Shown: one piece after another, positions 51,213-55,717 of the stretch
Layout of the letters: each line of letters starts with the position of its first letter
How positions within the stretch are numbered: position 1 is the first letter of the stretch
Notes under the pieces: model-generated
Databases searched by the model: none
Told to the model about the DNA's origin: nothing
The model's input: the letters and a program-made list of their open reading frames with translations, nothing else
Translations under genes and position numbers: made by a program
DNA from: Candidatus Micrarchaeota archaeon
Lineage (GTDB): Archaea > Micrarchaeota > Micrarchaeia > Burarchaeales > Fermentimicrarchaeaceae
DNA length: 55,717 nt
Assembly (NCBI GenBank): GCA_026396385.1
Contig: JAPLWV010000026.1
Span: 1-55,717, forward strand
Reading direction: 5' to 3'

Positions 51213-51743
51213 ATGCAGGTAGTGAAAATTCCCAGCGAGAGAGTGCCGGTGGTAATAGGAAAAAAGGGTGAAGTGAAGGGGAACATAGAGAGAAGGGGAA
51301 AAGTGAAGCTGGATATAGATTATGAGGGAGAGGTGGAGATAAGCAGCGAGAACAGCATAGATGAGTGGAAGGCTGCGGATGTTGTGAGGGCTATAGGCAG
51401 AGGTTTCGGCCCTGACAGGGCTTTCGAGCTCTTCAACGATGAATTCTCCCTGAAAATCATTGACTTGAAGCAGATATTCGGCAGTGACAAGGATATAACA
51501 AGATACAAAGGGAGAGTGATAGGACACGCTGGGAAGGCGAAGAGGGTGATTGAGGTGACCAGCGGCGCTGACCTGTGCATATACGGCAACACCATAAGCA
51601 TAATTGGCAGGCTGGATGCGCTGGGCCTTGCTGAGAGTGCAGTGAACAAACTGCTTGAAGGTTCAAGCCATGCTAAGGTTTATGCAATGCTCGAGAAGGG
51701 AAGAAGAAAGATGAGGGAGGAGAAGTTATGGGAGGAGAGATGA
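51213..51743 (+). CDS. KH-domain RNA-binding protein (Dim2/Pno1-like)
   Basis: VKIPSERVPVVIGKKGEVKGNIE and a second KH-like segment, GRVIGHAGKAKRVIE. The usual archaeal neighbour of aIF1A and Rio1. Confidence 0.75.
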   Translation: MQVVKIPSERVPVVIGKKGEVKGNIERRGKVKLDIDYEGEVEISSENSIDEWKAADVVRAIGRGFGPDRAFELFNDEFSLKIIDLKQIFGSDKDITRYKGRVIGHAGKAKRVIEVTSGADLCIYGNTISIIGRLDALGLAESAVNKLLEGSSHAKVYAMLEKGRRKMREEKLWEER

Positions 51744-53383
51744 TGGAGGAAGAAAAAGAACCAGAAAAGGAAGTAAACGGAAGCGAGATTTTCAAGGAGT
51801 TCAAGGAGTATTCGGTAGTCGAATTCTTCAAGAAGAACAGGCAGATGCTGGGCTTTGCCGGCAAGGTGAGGTCTCTCACAACTATAGTCCACGAGTATTG
51901 CACCAACGCGCTTGATGCGACGGAGGAGGCGCACATACTCCCAGAGATAATGGTGAAGGTTGAGGAGTTGCCTGACGAGCATGTTAAAGTCACAATTCAG
52001 GATAACGGGCCGGGAATTCCTCCGAGCCATTTGGGAAAAGCAATGGGTATGATGCTCGCGGGCACCAAGTTCCACAGGTATATGCAGCAGAGAGGGCAGC
52101 AGGGTATCGGGGGGGCAGGCTGCACATTATTTTCGCAGATAACAACTGGAAAGCCTACTAGAATGCGCTCGGGTTTAGGTGATGGAAAGGTATATGAGTG
52201 CGACATGAAGATTGATGTGAAGAACAACCAGCCTGTTATCACGAACCAGATTGAATTCATGGGAAATTTCAGAGGTTTGAGAGTTGAAGCGGAGTTTGCA
52301 GAAGTGAAGTATGACAAGAGCGAGCATGGAGTTTATGAGTATCTCAAGAGAACTGCCATGGCAAACCCGCATGCGCAGATAACGCTCATAGAGCCCACTG
52401 GTGAGAAGCACGTATTCCAGAGGGTTTCTGATAGGATCCCTGAGAAGCCTGCTGAGATACAGCCGCATCCCCTTGGGATTACCACTGGCGATTTGGTGGA
52501 TATGGCTCACAGGACGGATTCCAGGAAGCTTTCCTCTTTCCTTACAAACACGTTCTCAAGGATGAGCTCTGCGAAGGTTGAGGAGCTTGCTAAACTTGTT
52601 CCAACTGTCAACTTTGAGAAGCATCCGAGGGATTTGAAGTGGCCGGAGGCAGAGGCGGTAGTCAATTCAGTAAAGACTTTGAAATGGATTGCGCCTCCCA
52701 CTGATGCGCTGAGGCCCATAGGCTCTGACCAGATTGACAAAGCGCTGAAAAACATACTGGCTCCTGAATTTGTTTCCGTGAGCGAGAGGAGGCCTAAGGT
52801 GTTCAGAGGCGGAATTCCCTTCATGGTTGAGGCTGCAATAGCCTATGGGGGGAATTCAGGAAGAGCCAGAAGCGATGAGGGGAGGGGCGGGGACATTATA
52901 AGATACGCAAACAGGGTTCCTCTGATGTTCGATGGTGGCTCATGCGCAATAACAGAGGCTGTGAAGAATATAGACTGGAAGAGGTATGACGTAAGGGATT
53001 TTGATAAGGAACCCGTGACAGTTTTCGCAAACTTCGTGTCTGTGCATGTTCCCTACACCGGGACTGGAAAGCAGGCCATAACAATGGAAGAGGAGATAGT
53101 TGGGGAGATAAGGTATGCAATAATGGAAGTTGCAAGGGACATGCAGGTTTACCTGAGAGGCAAAGTAAGGGAGATGGACAAGGAGACTAAGAAGAAGATA
53201 ATAATGCGTTATGTAAAGGAGCTATCTGCAGATTTGGCGGATTTGGCAGGCACCGGCGCTCCTGCAGATATTGAGAAGAAACTTGTTAACATGATTGAGA
53301 CGAAGTATGAGAAGATTGAGGGGGAAGCTGAAGAGGCGGTTGAGGAGGTTAAGGAGGTAGAGGAGAATGAAAAAGAAGAGTGA
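51728..53383 (+). CDS. top6B: DNA topoisomerase VI subunit B
   Basis: GHKL ATPase motifs HEYCTNALDA, IQDNGPGIP, GQQGIGGAG, followed by the transducer domain. The start could be ATG 51740, which forms an ATGA overlap with the KH gene stop. Confidence 0.92.
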   Translation: MGGEMMEEEKEPEKEVNGSEIFKEFKEYSVVEFFKKNRQMLGFAGKVRSLTTIVHEYCTNALDATEEAHILPEIMVKVEELPDEHVKVTIQDNGPGIPPSHLGKAMGMMLAGTKFHRYMQQRGQQGIGGAGCTLFSQITTGKPTRMRSGLGDGKVYECDMKIDVKNNQPVITNQIEFMGNFRGLRVEAEFAEVKYDKSEHGVYEYLKRTAMANPHAQITLIEPTGEKHVFQRVSDRIPEKPAEIQPHPLGITTGDLVDMAHRTDSRKLSSFLTNTFSRMSSAKVEELAKLVPTVNFEKHPRDLKWPEAEAVVNSVKTLKWIAPPTDALRPIGSDQIDKALKNILAPEFVSVSERRPKVFRGGIPFMVEAAIAYGGNSGRARSDEGRGGDIIRYANRVPLMFDGGSCAITEAVKNIDWKRYDVRDFDKEPVTVFANFVSVHVPYTGTGKQAITMEEEIVGEIRYAIMEVARDMQVYLRGKVREMDKETKKKIIMRYVKELSADLADLAGTGAPADIEKKLVNMIETKYEKIEGEAEEAVEEVKEVEENEKEE

Positions 53384-54485
53384 GAAGGAAAGCTCGTCCG
53401 AAGTCCTGAGCAAATTGGAAGGGCTCGGAAAGGAGATGCTGGAGGACATAGATGTTGGCGAGGCTCCGAGGTTCGAGTGCCCTCTTAGGAGCAGGGGAAA
53501 CATATTGTATGATGAAAACCTCGGTTACATAAAGCTTGGCGAAAAGAGGGAGACGAGAACTTTCCTCAATGTTGGGCAGGCCAAGAAGTTCATGCAGACA
53601 GTTGCAGTTGCATCAAAATGCAAGAAATTCCTGAAGGAGGACTCCCACACGAGTATAAGAGGCCTTTTCTACCAGCTAAAGTTCAGCTTGGGGGAGAATG
53701 TTGATGAGGAGCTGTTCTCGGAGCAGAGCGAGAGCAACCCGCTTGTTGAGGATTTGGAGGTTGCACTCGATGTGAAGAGGGAGGATTTGAACCTTAATAC
53801 AGACAGGAAAGGGGTTGTTGCAGGCAATCTGGTGCTCAAGGACAAGTTCGGGGGAGTAACTGACGAGATAGACTGCTCCAAGCAGGGAAGAAGCGGGTGG
53901 ATGATACCAAGCGATGTGGACAATGGAATGGAGTTCGTCAGCGTTGATGCCAACTATGTAATTGTTGTGGAGAAGGATGCACTGTGGCAGAGGCTTAATG
54001 AGGATAAGTTCTGGAAGAAGGAGAACTGCATACTTATAACACCGAAGGGGCAGGCCTCAAGGGGATGCAGGAGGCTCATAAGGAAGCTGGCCGACACGAA
54101 GCTCCCAGTATACTGCTTCACGGACTGCGATGCCTGGGGGTGGTATATCTACTGGACGATAAAGACGGGCAGCATGAACCTTGCGTACCTTGGCAGTGAC
54201 ATTGCAACTCCGGAGGCAAAATTCATTGGCGTTACAATGAGGGACATAGTGGACTATGATTTCCTTGGCAAGCTCACCATAAAGACGAAGGAAGTGGACT
54301 TGAAGAGGGCTGAGGAGATGCTCACCTACCCATGGATAACAGCGCACAAGGAGTGGGTGGAGGAACTGAAGACAGTCATTGCAACCAAGAAGAAGCTGGA
54401 GCAGGATGCTTTGCAGGGGCCCAGGCTCTCATTCGTGGGGGATTATATAAGAGAAAAGTTGGAGAAGAAGAAGTTCCTTCCGTAG
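53367..54485 (+). CDS. top6A: DNA topoisomerase VI subunit A (Spo11 homolog)
   Basis: TSIRGLFYQLK (catalytic Tyr region), VIVVEKDALWQRL, LITPKGQASRGCRRL, Toprim DCDAWG. Confidence 0.92.
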   Translation: MKKKSEKESSSEVLSKLEGLGKEMLEDIDVGEAPRFECPLRSRGNILYDENLGYIKLGEKRETRTFLNVGQAKKFMQTVAVASKCKKFLKEDSHTSIRGLFYQLKFSLGENVDEELFSEQSESNPLVEDLEVALDVKREDLNLNTDRKGVVAGNLVLKDKFGGVTDEIDCSKQGRSGWMIPSDVDNGMEFVSVDANYVIVVEKDALWQRLNEDKFWKKENCILITPKGQASRGCRRLIRKLADTKLPVYCFTDCDAWGWYIYWTIKTGSMNLAYLGSDIATPEAKFIGVTMRDIVDYDFLGKLTIKTKEVDLKRAEEMLTYPWITAHKEWVEELKTVIATKKKLEQDALQGPRLSFVGDYIREKLEKKKFLP

Positions 54486-54520
54486 ATTTAAATATTCCGA
54501 ATTCCTAACTATTAACTCAC

Positions 54521-54593
54521 GCCCCGATAGCTCAGTCGGTAGAGCGACTGGCTGTTAACCAGTAGGTCGTCGGTTCGAGTCCGACTCGGGGCG
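54521..54593 (+). tRNA. tRNA-Asn(GUU)
   Basis: GCCCCGA-TA-GCTC-AGTCGGTA-GAGC-G-ACTGG-CTGTTAA-CCAGT-AGGTC-GTCGG-TTCGAGT-CCGAC-TCGGGGC-G. TTTAAATATT box about 30 nt upstream. Confidence 0.92.
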
Positions 54594-54798
54594 CAAACTT
54601 TTTTACGACGGGAGGGGGAGGGTTCGATTATAGGGGTATTGGTATTCCTTTGATTCGAAACCGGTTACAACAACATATATTAAATAGGTTGTGCAAAGTA
54701 TACAGGGGGCCAAGGAGATTTGTTTTTTAGAAACAATAGACTATAGTGGATAGGCTGAAAATAGAGGAGGTGGTTGAACGGTAAAGGTTAAGGAGATA

Positions 54799-55218
54799 AT
54801 GCATGGGATAACTTTAGTGAATCAAGAGGCAACAATATTAGAAATTGCAAAGCTTATGGAGAGAAAAGGGATAGGTTCTGTTTTGGTTGAGACTAGGAAT
54901 GGAGTTAATGGAATTTTAACGGAGAGGGACATTTTAAAGAAAGTTGTTGCCGCTGGCTTGGATCCGTCAGTTGCAAAAGCGAAGCAGGCAATGACAAAAA
55001 TGATCAAAACAGTAGGCAATGAAGCTGATATCTTTGAGGCTAATGAACTATTCAACAGGTATAATATAAGGAGATTGCCTGTTACAGACTCAAAAGGGAA
55101 GATTATTGGTATAATAACGATAGGGGATGTTACAAAAAGTTTACCATACGCATTCCGCAAACTAATAAGGGATGAGGATTACAGGGGGGCAGTAGTCTTC
55201 TCAAAAAAAGATGATTAG
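54799..55218 (+). CDS. CBS domain pair protein
   Basis: GIGSVLV..GILTERDILKKV and IRRLPVTDSKGKIIGIITIGDV. Confidence 0.8.
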   Translation: MHGITLVNQEATILEIAKLMERKGIGSVLVETRNGVNGILTERDILKKVVAAGLDPSVAKAKQAMTKMIKTVGNEADIFEANELFNRYNIRRLPVTDSKGKIIGIITIGDVTKSLPYAFRKLIRDEDYRGAVVFSKKDD

Positions 55219-55261
55219 TGTAGGAAAGTTATTTTTAAATCCTTGTATACAAAATTAAGTT

Positions 55262-55573
55262 ATGGAGTGCAGCTACTGCCACAAGGTTTCAAACGAGCTG
55301 CCTTACAGATGCAAGTTCTGCGGGGGTACCTTCTGCTCAGACCACAGGCTGCCTGAGAACCACGAGTGCATAGGGCTGGAGAGCTACAAGGATACCAAGC
55401 ACGAGAAGTTCAAGGAGGATGTGGTTAAGGCGGCAAAGGAATATGAGGCAAAAGTCAAGGCATACAAAGACAGGGGGTTGGATAAAAGGAAGATAGCCAT
55501 ATGCGCAGTAATTCTGATTATACTGGCATTCATAGCTTACTATATAATGAAACTAGTGAAGTTTTTGCCCTGA
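55262..55573 (+). CDS. AN1-type zinc-finger protein with a C-terminal TM helix
   Basis: CSYCHK..YRCKFCGGTFCSDHRLPENHEC. C-terminal IAICAVILIILAFIAYYIM. Confidence 0.75.
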   Translation: MECSYCHKVSNELPYRCKFCGGTFCSDHRLPENHECIGLESYKDTKHEKFKEDVVKAAKEYEAKVKAYKDRGLDKRKIAICAVILIILAFIAYYIMKLVKFLP

Positions 55574-55717
55574 GCGGGCTTTGCACATAAATTAGCCATT
55601 TTTAAGAATCGGTCCCTCCTTTATGTGCAGGTTCGGGAATAAATGTGCAGACTTCTCAAACTCGGCCGTAAAGCCCATTTCGCACGACTCCCGCACGAGA
55701 ACGCATAGGTTATGGCA

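Noticed and set aside
54594-54798. 205-nt non-coding stretch after tRNA-Asn containing GGGTTCGATT (T-arm-like), considered as an att site or integrated-element scar
   Set aside because: There is no extended match to the 3' half of tRNA-Asn (GGTTCGAGTCCGACTCGGGGCG). No integrase or foreign genes follow, only the CBS and AN1 genes.
55574-55717. Inverted repeat TGCACATAAA ... TTTATGTGCA (10 bp arms, ~30-nt spacer) plus a third AAATGTGCA word after the AN1 gene
   Set aside because: It could be a terminator-like hairpin or a binding site, but it sits at the window edge with no downstream context. That is too little to interpret.

Overview
Archaeal chromosomal window. Evidence: PolD DP1/DP2, MCM, Topo VI A/B, aIF2 beta and gamma, aIF5B, aIF1A, EF-1alpha, S6e, S10, fibrillarin, Nop5, a presenilin-type protease, and intron-containing tRNAs. 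Compact genes and short aaRS forms suggest an uncultivated, possibly DPANN-like lineage, but taxonomy cannot be settled from this window. The window has two parts. (1) Positions 1 to about 15,900 are a compositionally patchy accessory region that ends at an intron-containing tRNA-Arg(UCU). It carries a solo TBP-repeat gene plus a near-identical partial copy, a Cys-cluster protein, a ~15 x 40-aa tandem-repeat protein, a protein made of six AbrB/SpoVT-like modules, an RNase J-like beta-CASP nuclease, a membrane M23 peptidase, a tight three-gene operon (small nuclease-like protein, MazG-like protein, DUF2075-type nuclease-helicase), restriction-methylase tail relics, a ~100-nt structured element, a TFB-like cyclin-domain protein, and a run of unrelated small genes. 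Each of those small genes is preceded by the same ~45-60 nt promoter/5' cassette. (2) Positions about 16,000 to 55,700 are a conserved informational-gene core covering replication, translation factors, aaRS, rRNA/tRNA modification and Topo VI. This core contains a few oddities: a frameshifted aIF5B gene, a TnpB relic, an NTD-less Nop5 unlinked from fibrillarin, and an inserted paralog of an island gene. The strongest leads are two families of highly conserved promoter-like cassettes (motif A x6, motif B x8) that mark a putative regulon next to extra TBP/TFB-like factors, and the MazG + DUF2075 operon as a candidate defence module. All calls rest on motif-level reading of the ORF translations and the raw sequence. 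No database search was possible.
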